From: Lachnospiraceae bacterium
Lineage (GTDB): Bacteria; Bacillota; Clostridia; Lachnospirales; Lachnospiraceae
NCBI GenBank assembly: GCA_024685315.1
Contig: JAIKVW010000020.1
Span: 7,385 to 71,384, forward strand
Direction of reading: 5' to 3'
Length of the DNA: 64,000 bases
Position numbers and translations under genes: made by a program
Part shown: one piece after another, positions 35,110 to 44,629 of the stretch
Layout of the letters: every line of letters begins with the position of its first letter
Position numbering within the stretch: position 1 is the stretch's first letter
The notes under the pieces: model-generated
What the model saw: the letters and a program-made list of their open reading frames with translations, nothing else
Database searches by the model: none
Told to the model about the DNA's origin: nothing

Positions 35110-37662
35110 TCAGCTCTCCTCTTCCAGTTCCCTGAGGGCGTCTTCAGACCCGGATATGAAAGCCCTGTATGTACCGTCCCCTGTATTGTCGAGAAGTTCC
35201 CTGCTGAAGCCGATGGATCTATGCAGAAAGTCTCTCCGGACATCCAGAGGAAGCCCTTCCCTGCTTCCTGCCCTGTAAGCGTTGATCGCAAGCTTTTTCA
35301 TGACCTTGAGCTTCTGATCGCTCCAGCCCTCGCCGGTCTCTTTGAGCGCTTTTTCAAATTCATAGTAAGCATTCTTATAGTCTTTCGAAGCCCGGACAAG
35401 TTCATTCCTGCATTCATACGACACCGCGTTATCCATAAATGCGTCGCCGAAGAGGAACCGCGCATCTTTCTCACAGTTATTGTATTTGCAGGCTTTGTAC
35501 AGATTATCATAATCGGCTTCCATTTTTGCCCAGGCATCATCCGTCTCTGCCAGTCCCCATTGCCCTATACTAACCCTCAGCTGAGTATAACGGGCATCCT
35601 GCATGACCGGGCCGTCGCCGTTCATTTCTGCCAGTCTGAAGGTCAATTCCGCGAGATTGTGCAGCTTCTGAAAAGTATCGTCTTCCTTCACGTCCATGGC
35701 AATTGCCATATTTAAAGGAAGCGCTTTTTCAAAATTCTCCTGGGCGTTTTTATAGTCTTTCAGGCGCAGATATTCATACGCAAGATCTACATAGGCCCGA
35801 TAAAGCGCATGTTCATTTGATCTGCTGTTGTCCTCATCGTAAGCTTCCCGGTACAGGCCGCAGGCCGTTTTGTAAAGATCCCTTGCCTTTACATGGTCTT
35901 CCTGAAATTCCCGTACTTCTCCAAGGTCCCTGTATATCCTGGCTTTTTTATTTTTGCTGACCGCCGTATCGGGTCCTCCGGAGATCTTTTCGAATATGGA
36001 AAGAGACTGTCGGTAACAATCTGCCGCAAGGTCATAATTTCTCCTTGCCTTTTCAATATCCCCTTTCAGCGAATATGCACTCGACAGGTCTGAGTTGGAA
36101 GAAGCGTCATCCTTTTTCCTGACCTCGTCCTGCGCCATAGGAAGAAGCATATTTACATACTTTTCCGCAGCATCGATCTCTTCCCTTTTGATCAGGACTC
36201 CGCTGAGATATATATATAGGGCTATATGCATTTTCCCGGAGGCGGTCTTTGAGGCTTTTACGATCTTTACAGCCTCTTCCAGGAGTTTTACGGCTTCTCC
36301 GGTATCATCTTTTTCATTTTTGATCTTGGCAAGCTGGTAATAGCTCCATGCCAGCCGGACCTGTGCGGTATCGGACAGGTTCCATTTTGTCCTGGCACTG
36401 ATCTCGGAAAGCTCCCGGAGCACAGCTTCCGCCTCGTCCAGCTTGCTGATCTCAATAAGCTGCTTCCCCTGGGCCGTCAGGACCTCCATAAGCTCATTTC
36501 CGTTGTCCTCGCTCGGATTTCTCTCAAAGCGCTTCCTCAGGAGCTCCGCCTGCTTTGCCTTCCACCTGGCGCCCCATACGCGGACGCGCTCCACTCCTTT
36601 TCCGTTCTCAAACATCATTGAGAGCTGGCCCGCGGCTTCGGGAAGCCCTGCCTCGGCCGCTTCCTCCAGCAGTTTTTCAGCCCTCCAGGGATCTTTCTCA
36701 AGATCGATCCCGTCCAGATACGCAAGCGCTATCAGGTACTTGTGCTCTGGGGTATCGTCCGGCTGCGGGATGGCAAGCCTCTTGAGGAGCCCATCAAGGA
36801 TCTCCTGAAATCTTATTTCATCGTAAATATTTACGCATTCCGTCAGGCCGGAATATGAATCAAATAGAGCCCTGCGGTCCGTCTGTACCATTTCCACGGC
36901 AAATACCGGCTTGTTATCGGCCAGTGCCGCAGGATACTCAATGTCCCTGACATAATTGCTCTCATTCACCAGGTTAGGCGTCACCGTAAGCGCGAAGATG
37001 CTGCTCTTTTTGAGCATTTCACTGATGGAAAGATTGAAATCCTCTCCCGGGATCAGGAACTCGTCATACCAGATGGCTATGTCGCGGCAGGCAGGGTTCC
37101 GGTGTATCATCTCCATCAGCTTTTGCGCCGCGGCCCTGTCCTTCTTTCTGTAGCTGAGGAAAATGTAAGCGTCAAAAGCGTCCCGGACTTTTTCCGCAAG
37201 CTCATCGCTGATAATAACGCTGTGAATGTATTTGGACAGCACGTCATCAAAACTTAACTTGGTCGGGTCGTCAGCATTAGGGTCCAGATACTGAAGATTG
37301 CCGAAACGCTTTGAGTAGGCTGCATCAAGACCGGTCTCCATCATAAGCGGAAGCACAGGAATGTGGAGCTCAAATGCCAGCGGGATATCAAAGTACATTG
37401 CGCGGTTCGGCTTAGTAAGCAGATCCGCCGTGACCGGCACCACAAAGAGCTGCATCCGTGAAAGCTGCAGTTTCAGGTCATCTTCATCCCAGTCTTCTCC
37501 AAAAGAACTGTCGTACCATACAGCGCAGTCCTGGATCTTAAATAACTTCGCGGAATATTCTTCAAAATACTTCGCGAAATCATCAGGATAGCAGACGAAA
37601 TAGATCCTGGGTTTCCCTTTAGGATCAGCATTTCCTATAGTCTTGTATTCAAAATGCGGCAT
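35110..37662 (-). CDS. Tandem TIR-like domains fused to Sel1/TPR repeat array
   Basis: 850-aa ORF with GGAGG 7 nt before the ATG. Residues around 175-270 fit TIR_2 (YIFLSYRKKDRAAAQKL...IAIWYDEFLIPGEDF...SSIFALTVTPNLVNESNYVRDIEYPAA). Residues around 15-115 form a second TIR-like unit (RIYFVCYPDD...AVWYDSSFGEDWDE...LFVVPVTADLL). Next comes a Sel1-like repeat (LAYLDGIDLEKDPWRAEKLLEEAAEAGLPEAAGQLSMMFENGKGV), then about 480 aa of TPR-like helical repeats. Confidence 0.7.
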   Translation of the reverse strand: MPHFEYKTIGNADPKGKPRIYFVCYPDDFAKYFEEYSAKLFKIQDCAVWYDSSFGEDWDEDDLKLQLSRMQLFVVPVTADLLTKPNRAMYFDIPLAFELHIPVLPLMMETGLDAAYSKRFGNLQYLDPNADDPTKLSFDDVLSKYIHSVIISDELAEKVRDAFDAYIFLSYRKKDRAAAQKLMEMIHRNPACRDIAIWYDEFLIPGEDFNLSISEMLKKSSIFALTVTPNLVNESNYVRDIEYPAALADNKPVFAVEMVQTDRRALFDSYSGLTECVNIYDEIRFQEILDGLLKRLAIPQPDDTPEHKYLIALAYLDGIDLEKDPWRAEKLLEEAAEAGLPEAAGQLSMMFENGKGVERVRVWGARWKAKQAELLRKRFERNPSEDNGNELMEVLTAQGKQLIEISKLDEAEAVLRELSEISARTKWNLSDTAQVRLAWSYYQLAKIKNEKDDTGEAVKLLEEAVKIVKASKTASGKMHIALYIYLSGVLIKREEIDAAEKYVNMLLPMAQDEVRKKDDASSNSDLSSAYSLKGDIEKARRNYDLAADCYRQSLSIFEKISGGPDTAVSKNKKARIYRDLGEVREFQEDHVKARDLYKTACGLYREAYDEDNSRSNEHALYRAYVDLAYEYLRLKDYKNAQENFEKALPLNMAIAMDVKEDDTFQKLHNLAELTFRLAEMNGDGPVMQDARYTQLRVSIGQWGLAETDDAWAKMEADYDNLYKACKYNNCEKDARFLFGDAFMDNAVSYECRNELVRASKDYKNAYYEFEKALKETGEGWSDQKLKVMKKLAINAYRAGSREGLPLDVRRDFLHRSIGFSRELLDNTGDGTYRAFISGSEDALRELEEES

Positions 37663-37774
37663 AACGAGGCCTCCGTAGATTCGATACCAATATGATGTCC
37701 GGTACGCCTGTATTATACAAAAATACTACAGGAAAACAAACTGTCCTTTGACTGGCCCGCCTGTGATTTTTCTC

Positions 37775-37803
37775 TTTACATTTGCCCTCAGCTGTTATAT
37801 ACT
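37775..37803 (+). promoter_or_regulatory. Candidate sigma-70 promoter of pyrG
   Basis: TTTACA (37775-37780), 17-nt spacer, TATACT (37798-37803). Confidence 0.35.
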
Positions 37804-37819
37804 GAAGCATATTTTTTAT

Positions 37820-37875
37820 GGGTGGCAGGACCGTCAGGTGTGGGAACATCTGGTGGGACTGTCACCCCTTTTTTT
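37820..37875 (+). terminator. pyrG leader hairpin plus T7 run (putative transcription attenuator)
   Basis: GGGTGGCAG (37820-37828) pairs with CTGTCACCC (37859-37867), including one G-T wobble. A single C and then TTTTTTT (37869-37875) follow. It sits about 30 nt upstream of the pyrG RBS GGGAGG. Confidence 0.45.
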
Positions 37876-37907
37876 GAGAAAAACAGACTTTGCAGGGAGG
37901 TAGAGGC

Positions 37908-39521
37908 ATGAAATATGTTTTTGTGACCGGCGGCGTTGTTTCAGGACTTGGAAAGGGCATCACGGCGGCTTCTCTCGGGCGCCTTCTGAAGGCGCGCGGC
38001 TTCAGCGTTACGATGCAGAAATTTGATCCCTACATAAATATCGATCCGGGCACCATGAACCCGATCCAGCACGGTGAAGTTTTCGTTACCGACGACGGCA
38101 CCGAGACCGATCTCGACCTCGGACATTACGAGCGTTTTATCGACGAAAGCCTTGACCGCCACGCAAACATGACCTCCGGAAAGGTCTACTGGTCCGTCCT
38201 CAACAAGGAGCGCCACGGGGACTACGGCGGAGGCACCGTCCAGGTCATCCCCCACATCACAAATGAAATTAAATCCAGTTTCTACGGCTCGCAGGATCCG
38301 GACAGCGCCGACAATAAGATCGCGATCATCGAGGTCGGCGGTACCGTCGGCGATATCGAGAGCCAGCCCTTCCTGGAGGCGATCCGCCAGTTCCAGTGGG
38401 AGCGCGGCCGCGAGAACGTCATCATGATACATGTCACCCTGATCCCCTACCTGCGCGCTTCCGGCGAGCTGAAAACAAAGCCCACGCAGATGAGCGTCAA
38501 CCGTCTGCAGGGCTTCGGAATACAGCCGGACATCCTGGTCTGCCGAACCGAGCACCCTCTCGATGAGGGCCTGAAAAGGAAGATCGCGCTCTTCTGCAAC
38601 GTCCCCGCGGAAAATGTCCTGGAAAACCTTGACGTAGAATATCTCTACGACGTTCCCCTCGTTATGGAGAAGGAACACCTTGCAGACCGCGTGCTCTCCT
38701 GCCTGCACCTTGAATCGCCCGAGCCGGACCTCTCCGAATGGGAAAATATTTCACATGCCCTGCGCAATCCGAAGAGCTTCGTCACGATCGCCCTTGTCGG
38801 AAAATATACCGTCCTTCACGACGCCTACCTCTCTGTAGTTGAAGCTTTAAAGCACGGCGGGATCGCAAACCACGCGGAAGTCACTATTAGATGGATCGAA
38901 TCTGAAGACCTTACCCCTGAGACCGCAGAAGAGCTGCTTGGAGGAGCTGACGGGATCATCGTTCCCGGCGGATTCGGAGACAGGGGAATAGAAGGGATCA
39001 TTTACGCTGCGACCTACGCCCGCGAGAAAGGCATCCCTTACCTGGGGATCTGCCTGGGAATGCAGATGGCTATCGTCGATTTCGCTAGGAACGTTCTGGG
39101 TCACGCCGGTGCGAACAGCACGGAATTCGCGCCGGATTCGCCCTATCCGGTCATCGACCTCATGCCTGAACAGAAAAATGTGACCGATCTCGGCGGCACG
39201 ATGAGGCTGGGAGCTTACCCCTGCGACCTCAGGACCGACACCATCGCGTACCGGCTTTACGGCGAAGAGCATATCTCGGAGCGCCACAGGCATCGCTATG
39301 AAGTCAATAATGACTTCAGGGAGGAGCTGCAAGCCGCCGGAATGACTCTTTCCGGCACTTCCCCCGACAACCGGATCGTCGAGATGATAGAAATACATGA
39401 CCATCCTTTCTTCGTCGGGACCCAGGCGCACCCTGAATTCAAGTCGCGCCCGAACAAGGCCCACCCCCTGTTCCGCGGGCTTATAGAAGCGGCGATAGCG
39501 TATCAGAAACACAATTCATAA
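37908..39521 (+). CDS. pyrG: CTP synthase
   Basis: [28 protein letters not shown] start and glutaminase triad context GICLGMQ. Start set at ATG 37908 after GGGAGG. Confidence 0.95.
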   Translation: MKYVFVTGGVVSGLGKGITAASLGRLLKARGFSVTMQKFDPYINIDPGTMNPIQHGEVFVTDDGTETDLDLGHYERFIDESLDRHANMTSGKVYWSVLNKERHGDYGGGTVQVIPHITNEIKSSFYGSQDPDSADNKIAIIEVGGTVGDIESQPFLEAIRQFQWERGRENVIMIHVTLIPYLRASGELKTKPTQMSVNRLQGFGIQPDILVCRTEHPLDEGLKRKIALFCNVPAENVLENLDVEYLYDVPLVMEKEHLADRVLSCLHLESPEPDLSEWENISHALRNPKSFVTIALVGKYTVLHDAYLSVVEALKHGGIANHAEVTIRWIESEDLTPETAEELLGGADGIIVPGGFGDRGIEGIIYAATYAREKGIPYLGICLGMQMAIVDFARNVLGHAGANSTEFAPDSPYPVIDLMPEQKNVTDLGGTMRLGAYPCDLRTDTIAYRLYGEEHISERHRHRYEVNNDFREELQAAGMTLSGTSPDNRIVEMIEIHDHPFFVGTQAHPEFKSRPNKAHPLFRGLIEAAIAYQKHNS

Positions 39522-39567
39522 AACCGTTTATAAACTGCTGCCTGTCAACAAACTACAAAATAACTTT

Positions 39568-39600
39568 CTGCCATCAGATTACTGTCTGGTGGCAGTTTTT
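39568..39600 (+). terminator. pyrG rho-independent terminator
   Basis: CTGCCATCAGA (39568-39578) pairs with TCTGGTGGCAG (39585-39595), including one G-T wobble. TTTTT follows. Confidence 0.7.
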
Positions 39601-39747
39601 ATGTCCTCATAAGAAAAGTTTATGTTCTTCCGGATGTATCAGTACCCCTGGATCTGGTTTTAATCACCAGATGCTACAATAGTTAATGTAATTCTCATAT
39701 TGTTTTGTCTCTTGCAGCTTGAAAATTTAATTTCATGAAACGAACAG

Positions 39748-40317
39748 TCAGGGCAGAGCGGAATAGCTGCGGTCAGTCAGGCTGACCGCGTATCCTCCTC
39801 CCGGAGCGGGCTGCCATTCATAGCGGTTTTTGTTTTCTTCCGGAAAAAGGCTCGCCATGATAAGCGCGATCACGCCGCCGTGGGCAACCAGAAGGGTGTC
39901 CCGTCCCGACGCGGTCAGTCGGTCAAGCCCTTCCATCACGCGGGACCGCATCATCTCTCCGCTCTCTCCGCCCGGGGCAATATTCGCTTCATTATCCCCG
40001 CTGATCCAGGCAATATAGTCCGGATCAGCTTTTAATTCTGCGTAAGAGCGCATTTCAAAGGCTCCGAAATCCATCTCCCGGAAATCCGGATCGGCCTCGT
40101 GCGGCACCTCGCCGAAAAGAAGCTCCAGCGTCTGCTCGCACCGCTTCATGCCGCTCGTCAGCACACTCATTTCTGAGGGATCGAAAAGACTCTTATCATA
40201 TTTAAGATTTTTCAGTTCATTCCTGCCGTTTTCGGAAAGCTCCAGGTCGGTCTTCCCGCAGTACAGATGGTTTTCGTTGGCTGCGGTCTTTCCATGGCGT
40301 ATCAGTACAAGCATCAT
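39748..40317 (-). CDS. cobC: Histidine phosphatase family protein, probable alpha-ribazole-5'-phosphate phosphatase
   Basis: LIRHGKT catalytic motif right after the proposed start (MMLVLIRHGKTAANE) and a later VAHGG. Last gene of the cob cluster. Its ATG overlaps the upstream stop (ATGA). Confidence 0.7.
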   Translation of the reverse strand: MMLVLIRHGKTAANENHLYCGKTDLELSENGRNELKNLKYDKSLFDPSEMSVLTSGMKRCEQTLELLFGEVPHEADPDFREMDFGAFEMRSYAELKADPDYIAWISGDNEANIAPGGESGEMMRSRVMEGLDRLTASGRDTLLVAHGGVIALIMASLFPEENKNRYEWQPAPGGGYAVSLTDRSYSALP

Positions 40318-40691
40318 TTCAGTTTTTGCTCCAGTCCGCAGAAAATGCGCGTCACGCTTTCGGCTTCGCCTGAGAGATACGCGCATAGCCTGCCTGTCAT
40401 CTCACGCCAATCCCGCATATCTTTGCCAAGCGGCACCACTCCGCAGAAAATGTCCTCGCATATCAGGACGCTGTCCTTCCAATCATCCCTATGCGCCTTA
40501 AATATTTCCAATGCATCTATGCCGTTTTTCACGCAATACAGCGTGTATTCCTGTATATTGTATACGCACTGCCGGGCGAATTCTATGCCTTTATCTTCCG
40601 TGCAGACAAATATCTCTTCATCACTTAATGAACACCTGCTCTTCGCGTATTCAAGCTTCCCCTGGTACGCGCCGCCGATTATCAGATCCAT
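40314..40691 (-). CDS. CobU-like protein with degenerate P-loop
   Basis: The C-terminus (ICEDIFCGVVPLGKDMRDWREMTGRLCAYLSGEAESVTRIFCGL) resembles the CobU C-terminal region. The N-terminus reads GGAYQGKL where CobU has a GxxxxGKS Walker A. Start set at ATG 40689-40691, 6 nt after GGAGG. Confidence 0.5.
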   Translation of the reverse strand: MDLIIGGAYQGKLEYAKSRCSLSDEEIFVCTEDKGIEFARQCVYNIQEYTLYCVKNGIDALEIFKAHRDDWKDSVLICEDIFCGVVPLGKDMRDWREMTGRLCAYLSGEAESVTRIFCGLEQKLK

Positions 40692-40701
40692 CCAAATCCT
40701 C

Positions 40702-41451
40702 CTATACCAAAGCAAATACCGCTATCCCGCAGAGTTCCCCGATCGTCAGCGCGTATCCGGAAATGTCTCCGGACATGCCGTCAAGCGAGCAGAAACCCCG
40801 CCGCAGGAATATAAGATACCCCGCAATGACTGCCAGGGACGCAAAGCCGTATCGGCCAAGCAGAATAAATCCCAAAATAACAGACACTGCAAGTATCGCC
40901 AGCAGGATCATGGCATGCTCCTTTTTTACGCCCTTTCTGTAGGCGCCGGAGTATTCGCTCGCCGATATCGGGCGCAGTATCGTTACGCCGAGCGCCGCGA
41001 CCGTCCTTGAAACAACGGGAATGAAGATAAGGGTAAATATATCCGAGGTATCTTTTGCCGAGGCAAAAAGCGCGACCTCCGCAATTATCAGCAGGCACGC
41101 GGCAATCACCGCGAATGAGCCGACGTGCGGGTCCTTCAGTATCCTTCTGCGCTCTTCCGGGCTCCGCCAGGACTTCACCGCGTCAACGGTATCCATGAAG
41201 CCGTCCATGTGTATTCCTCCGGTCAGGACTATCGGGAACGCGCAGAGAATGATCCCGTCGACCAGCGAAGGGAACTGGATCAGCCGCAGGATCCATGCGG
41301 CCAGAGCCCACAATGCTCCGATCACCGCGCCGACCAGCGGCAGGAAAAGCGTCATCAGCGGACGCGCGTCCTCGTCCCATTCGCCAAACGGACAGGGCAA
41401 TGCGGTGAACATCGAAAGGCTCATCATAAATGCCCGGAAGTATTTATTCAT
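40702..41451 (-). CDS. cobS: Adenosylcobinamide-GDP ribazoletransferase (cobalamin synthase)
   Basis: 249-aa polytopic membrane ORF. MSLSMFTALP near the N-terminus and GGIHMDGFMDTVD block. Confidence 0.85.
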   Translation of the reverse strand: MNKYFRAFMMSLSMFTALPCPFGEWDEDARPLMTLFLPLVGAVIGALWALAAWILRLIQFPSLVDGIILCAFPIVLTGGIHMDGFMDTVDAVKSWRSPEERRRILKDPHVGSFAVIAACLLIIAEVALFASAKDTSDIFTLIFIPVVSRTVAALGVTILRPISASEYSGAYRKGVKKEHAMILLAILAVSVILGFILLGRYGFASLAVIAGYLIFLRRGFCSLDGMSGDISGYALTIGELCGIAVFALV

Positions 41452-41987
41452 ACTTTAGGCCCTCCTTTGTGGAATATCAGGTTCCCCGCGCAGAGCTCCA
41501 GCACTGCGTCACATTCTTTCGCAAGGAAACGGTCGATCGCGGCCAGGGACGCGCGGTATTTTTCGGTAATGTCATCATAACGGAAAGCGTCGGAATATAT
41601 GTAATCGCTGACAAAAACCGCGTTTTCGGCCTTTTCAATGATCGCGCCGAGGTCCCGGATGCAGCGGCTTTCCGCTTCCGGATCGGCCTCTCCGCCTGCA
41701 GAAAACATTTCGTTCTGCAGCAGCGCTGTTATGCTGTCGACCAGGAATGTTCCGTTCCCGCCCACTTTTTCAAGGCAGGAACCGATGTCCCTTGGAATCT
41801 CGACCGTCTCGAAGCCCAGACCTGCGCGGTCAGCGATGTGCCGCGCTATCCTTTCGCGGTCTTCATCGTCATAAGGGACCATCGTCGCCACGTAATAGCG
41901 CTTTCCGCCCGCGGCCAGCTTTACCGCAAGCTCCTGGGCGAATCCGGATTTTCCGTTCTTGCAGCCGCCCGAGATCAAAACATTCAT
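41448..41987 (-). CDS. cobU: Adenosylcobinamide kinase / adenosylcobinamide-phosphate guanylyltransferase
   Basis: 179-aa ORF. P-loop ISGGCKNGKSGFAQ and YVATM..YDDE..ERI.RH block. Confidence 0.85.
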   Translation of the reverse strand: MNVLISGGCKNGKSGFAQELAVKLAAGGKRYYVATMVPYDDEDRERIARHIADRAGLGFETVEIPRDIGSCLEKVGGNGTFLVDSITALLQNEMFSAGGEADPEAESRCIRDLGAIIEKAENAVFVSDYIYSDAFRYDDITEKYRASLAAIDRFLAKECDAVLELCAGNLIFHKGGPKV

Positions 41988-41988
41988 T

Positions 41989-43098
41989 TCACTGTCCCTT
42001 CACCGAAAAAGAATCGGTCTTCCTGATTTCATCAAGGTAACTGTCGTCGATATCTGCCTCTTCAAAGGTCGCCATATCGTTCATCACGGCGCAGGCGGCG
42101 TCCAGCATCATCATGGCTATCGGGCACCCGCTGCCTTCGCCGAGCTTCATGCCGAGATCGAAAAGCGGTCTCAGCCCGAGCTCCTCCGCGGCAATATCGC
42201 TGCCTCTCTCAAATGACCTGTGCGAGGGGATCATGTACCCGCGCGCGTCAGGGCAAAGCCGGCAGGCGCAGAGCGCGGCGACATCTGAAATGAAACCGTC
42301 GATCACCACGGGAACGCGGCTGTATGCGGCGCCGATGAACGCCCCGGCCATCGCGGCAATGTCAAGCCCGCCGACCTTCGATATTACACCGACCACGTCG
42401 TTTTTGTCGGGGGCGTTAAGGGCTATCGCCTTTTTGATAACCGCTATCTTGTTTTTATATGCAGACTCGGTTATGCCGGCGCCGCGGCCGGTGACTTCCT
42501 CCGCGTCATGCCCTGTGAGCACGGCCAGAACGGCGGACGAAGTAGTGGTGTTCCCAATGCCCATCTCGCCGACGCCCAGCACCTTCACGCCTTCTTCCGC
42601 GGCCCCGCATGCGGTCTCTATCCCGCACAGAACAGCGCGCAGCGCCTGTTCGCGGCTCATTGCCGGCTGTTTTGCGATGTTCTGCGTACCTAAGGCGATC
42701 TTTCTGTCAAACACTGCAGGATCGCTTACTTCCGCGTTCACCCCGACGTCTATAACACGCATCTCGCAGCCAAAGCGCTTCGCCAGGACCGCTGCGCCGG
42801 TCTTTCCGCGCGCCATATTTACAGCCTGGGCCCGCGTGACGGACTGCGGGGCGCTCGCAACGCCCTCCTCGGTCACCCCGTTATCCGCGCAGAAAACAAG
42901 GATGCATTTTTTATCAAGTTCATTATGAATCTTCCCGGTAATGCCCGCGAGCTGCGCCGAAAGCTCTTCCAGCCTCCCAAGGCTCCCCGGAGGCTTCGCA
43001 AGCCTGGCCTGGCGCTCTTCCGCCTCTGCTGCGGCAGCACTGTCCGCCGGCCCGACCGCATTTATTATATTGTTTAGTCTTATTTCAAGCTCATCCAT
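41989..43098 (-). CDS. cobT: Nicotinate-nucleotide--dimethylbenzimidazole phosphoribosyltransferase
   Basis: LAKPPGSLGRLEELSAQLAGITG, CADNGV and GEMGIGNTT blocks. Start set at ATG 43096-43098 (MDELEIRL). The track start at 43263 overlaps cobQ and looks like an extension. Confidence 0.85.
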   Translation of the reverse strand: MDELEIRLNNIINAVGPADSAAAAEAEERQARLAKPPGSLGRLEELSAQLAGITGKIHNELDKKCILVFCADNGVTEEGVASAPQSVTRAQAVNMARGKTGAAVLAKRFGCEMRVIDVGVNAEVSDPAVFDRKIALGTQNIAKQPAMSREQALRAVLCGIETACGAAEEGVKVLGVGEMGIGNTTTSSAVLAVLTGHDAEEVTGRGAGITESAYKNKIAVIKKAIALNAPDKNDVVGVISKVGGLDIAAMAGAFIGAAYSRVPVVIDGFISDVAALCACRLCPDARGYMIPSHRSFERGSDIAAEELGLRPLFDLGMKLGEGSGCPIAMMMLDAACAVMNDMATFEEADIDDSYLDEIRKTDSFSVKGQ

Positions 43099-43138
43099 GG
43101 CCCTCACCAGATCTCCCTTCACGCCAAGGCGGCCCGCC

Positions 43139-44629
43139 TCATATACCGTTCTCCAGGATAGAATAAATAAGCTCCATGTCGAGGGCTTTACGCACCTCGG
43201 CGGCGAGCTTGTCATACTGCCCCTCCCGGTAGGTCTGCGCGTCGAACCCGGCATTTTCGTCAAACCTGAGTCCCCGCGCTTCGTAAAGCGCCTTGACGAC
43301 CGTCCCGGCTATATTGTTTGCATCGAAAAGCCCGTGAATGTAACTGCCGTAAACATTCCTGCTCTGCAGCACGGGGCGGTCTGTGCCACTCTGCCCCAGG
43401 TGCATCTCATATCCGCGGTATCCTATGCCATTCAAACCCTCGAACATACCGGTCAGGCCGGAAAAAGTGCCTTCCGCCTGCCTTCGTGTTTTCTCGCACG
43501 AGAATACGGTCTCTATGTCCAGAAGCCCCATGCCGGAGATCTCTCCCCCGCCTTCAGCTTCGTCCGGATCGGAGATCCTTTTCCCCAGCATCTGGAGCCC
43601 TCCACAGATGCCAAAAACCGGCGTTCCGCGCGAGGCGGCTTTGAGGATCTGGGCTTCCAGGCCGTTCTGCCGCATCCATTTAAGGTCAGATATCGTAGAT
43701 TTCGTTCCGGGCAGGATGATCATATCCGGCTTCCCGAACCCGGACAATTTCCTTACGTAGCGCACGGAAACGCCCGGAAAGCGCTCAAATGGTGAGAAAT
43801 CGGTAAAATTCGAGATGCGCGGCAGGCATATGATCGCTATGTCTATCTCCCTGCGCTCCCCTGATCTCAGCCGTTCGCTCAGGCTGTCCTCGTCGTCAAT
43901 ATCGACATTCATATAAGGAATGACTCCGGCGCAAGGGATCTTCACCAGGTCATACAGCATATCGAGCCCCGGAGCGAGTATAGATCTGTCGCCCCTGAAT
44001 TTATTTATCACCGTGGCTTTCACCAAGGATCTTTCATCCGGCTCAAGGAGCGCGATCGTCCCGTAAAGCTGAGCGAAAACTCCCCCGCGGTCTATATCGC
44101 CCGCGAGCAGCACCGGCGCCTCTGCCATCTTCGCAAGCCCCATATTCACTATGTCGTCGGTCTTGAGATTTATCTCCGCGGGGCTGCCCGCGCCCTCGAT
44201 CACAATGATATCATTTTCGGATGCCAGAGCATCGTAGGCGCGCATGATCTCAGGCACCAGCTGCTTTTTGTATTTAAAATATTCCGCCGCCGGCATATTT
44301 CCGAGCACCTTCCCGTTTACAATGATCTGCGATCCGGTGTCGGTCGTAGGCTTCAGAAGCACAGGGTTCATCAGTACCGAAGGCCTGATCCCCGCCGCCT
44401 CGGCCTGCACCGCCTGCGCACGGCCCATCTCGAGGCCTTCCTCGGTAATATACGAGTTCAGCGCCATATTCTGGGATTTAAACGGAGCCACGCAGTGCCC
44501 GTCCTGCCTGAAGATCCGGCAGAGAGCCGCGCAGAGCAGGCTTTTTCCTGCGTTTGACATCGTCCCCTGTATCATGAGCGGTTTCGCTATTTTCAATTTA
44601 AATGCTCCTTCACACAGCCGTAAAAGCAA
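43139..44629 (-). CDS. cobQ: Cobyric acid synthase
   Basis: [21 protein letters not shown]-loop and C-terminal glutamine amidotransferase block [12 protein letters not shown]. The exact start is uncertain (ATG 44629, TTG 44596 or ATG 44575). Confidence 0.85.
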   Translation of the reverse strand: MLLRLCEGAFKLKIAKPLMIQGTMSNAGKSLLCAALCRIFRQDGHCVAPFKSQNMALNSYITEEGLEMGRAQAVQAEAAGIRPSVLMNPVLLKPTTDTGSQIIVNGKVLGNMPAAEYFKYKKQLVPEIMRAYDALASENDIIVIEGAGSPAEINLKTDDIVNMGLAKMAEAPVLLAGDIDRGGVFAQLYGTIALLEPDERSLVKATVINKFRGDRSILAPGLDMLYDLVKIPCAGVIPYMNVDIDDEDSLSERLRSGERREIDIAIICLPRISNFTDFSPFERFPGVSVRYVRKLSGFGKPDMIILPGTKSTISDLKWMRQNGLEAQILKAASRGTPVFGICGGLQMLGKRISDPDEAEGGGEISGMGLLDIETVFSCEKTRRQAEGTFSGLTGMFEGLNGIGYRGYEMHLGQSGTDRPVLQSRNVYGSYIHGLFDANNIAGTVVKALYEARGLRFDENAGFDAQTYREGQYDKLAAEVRKALDMELIYSILENGI

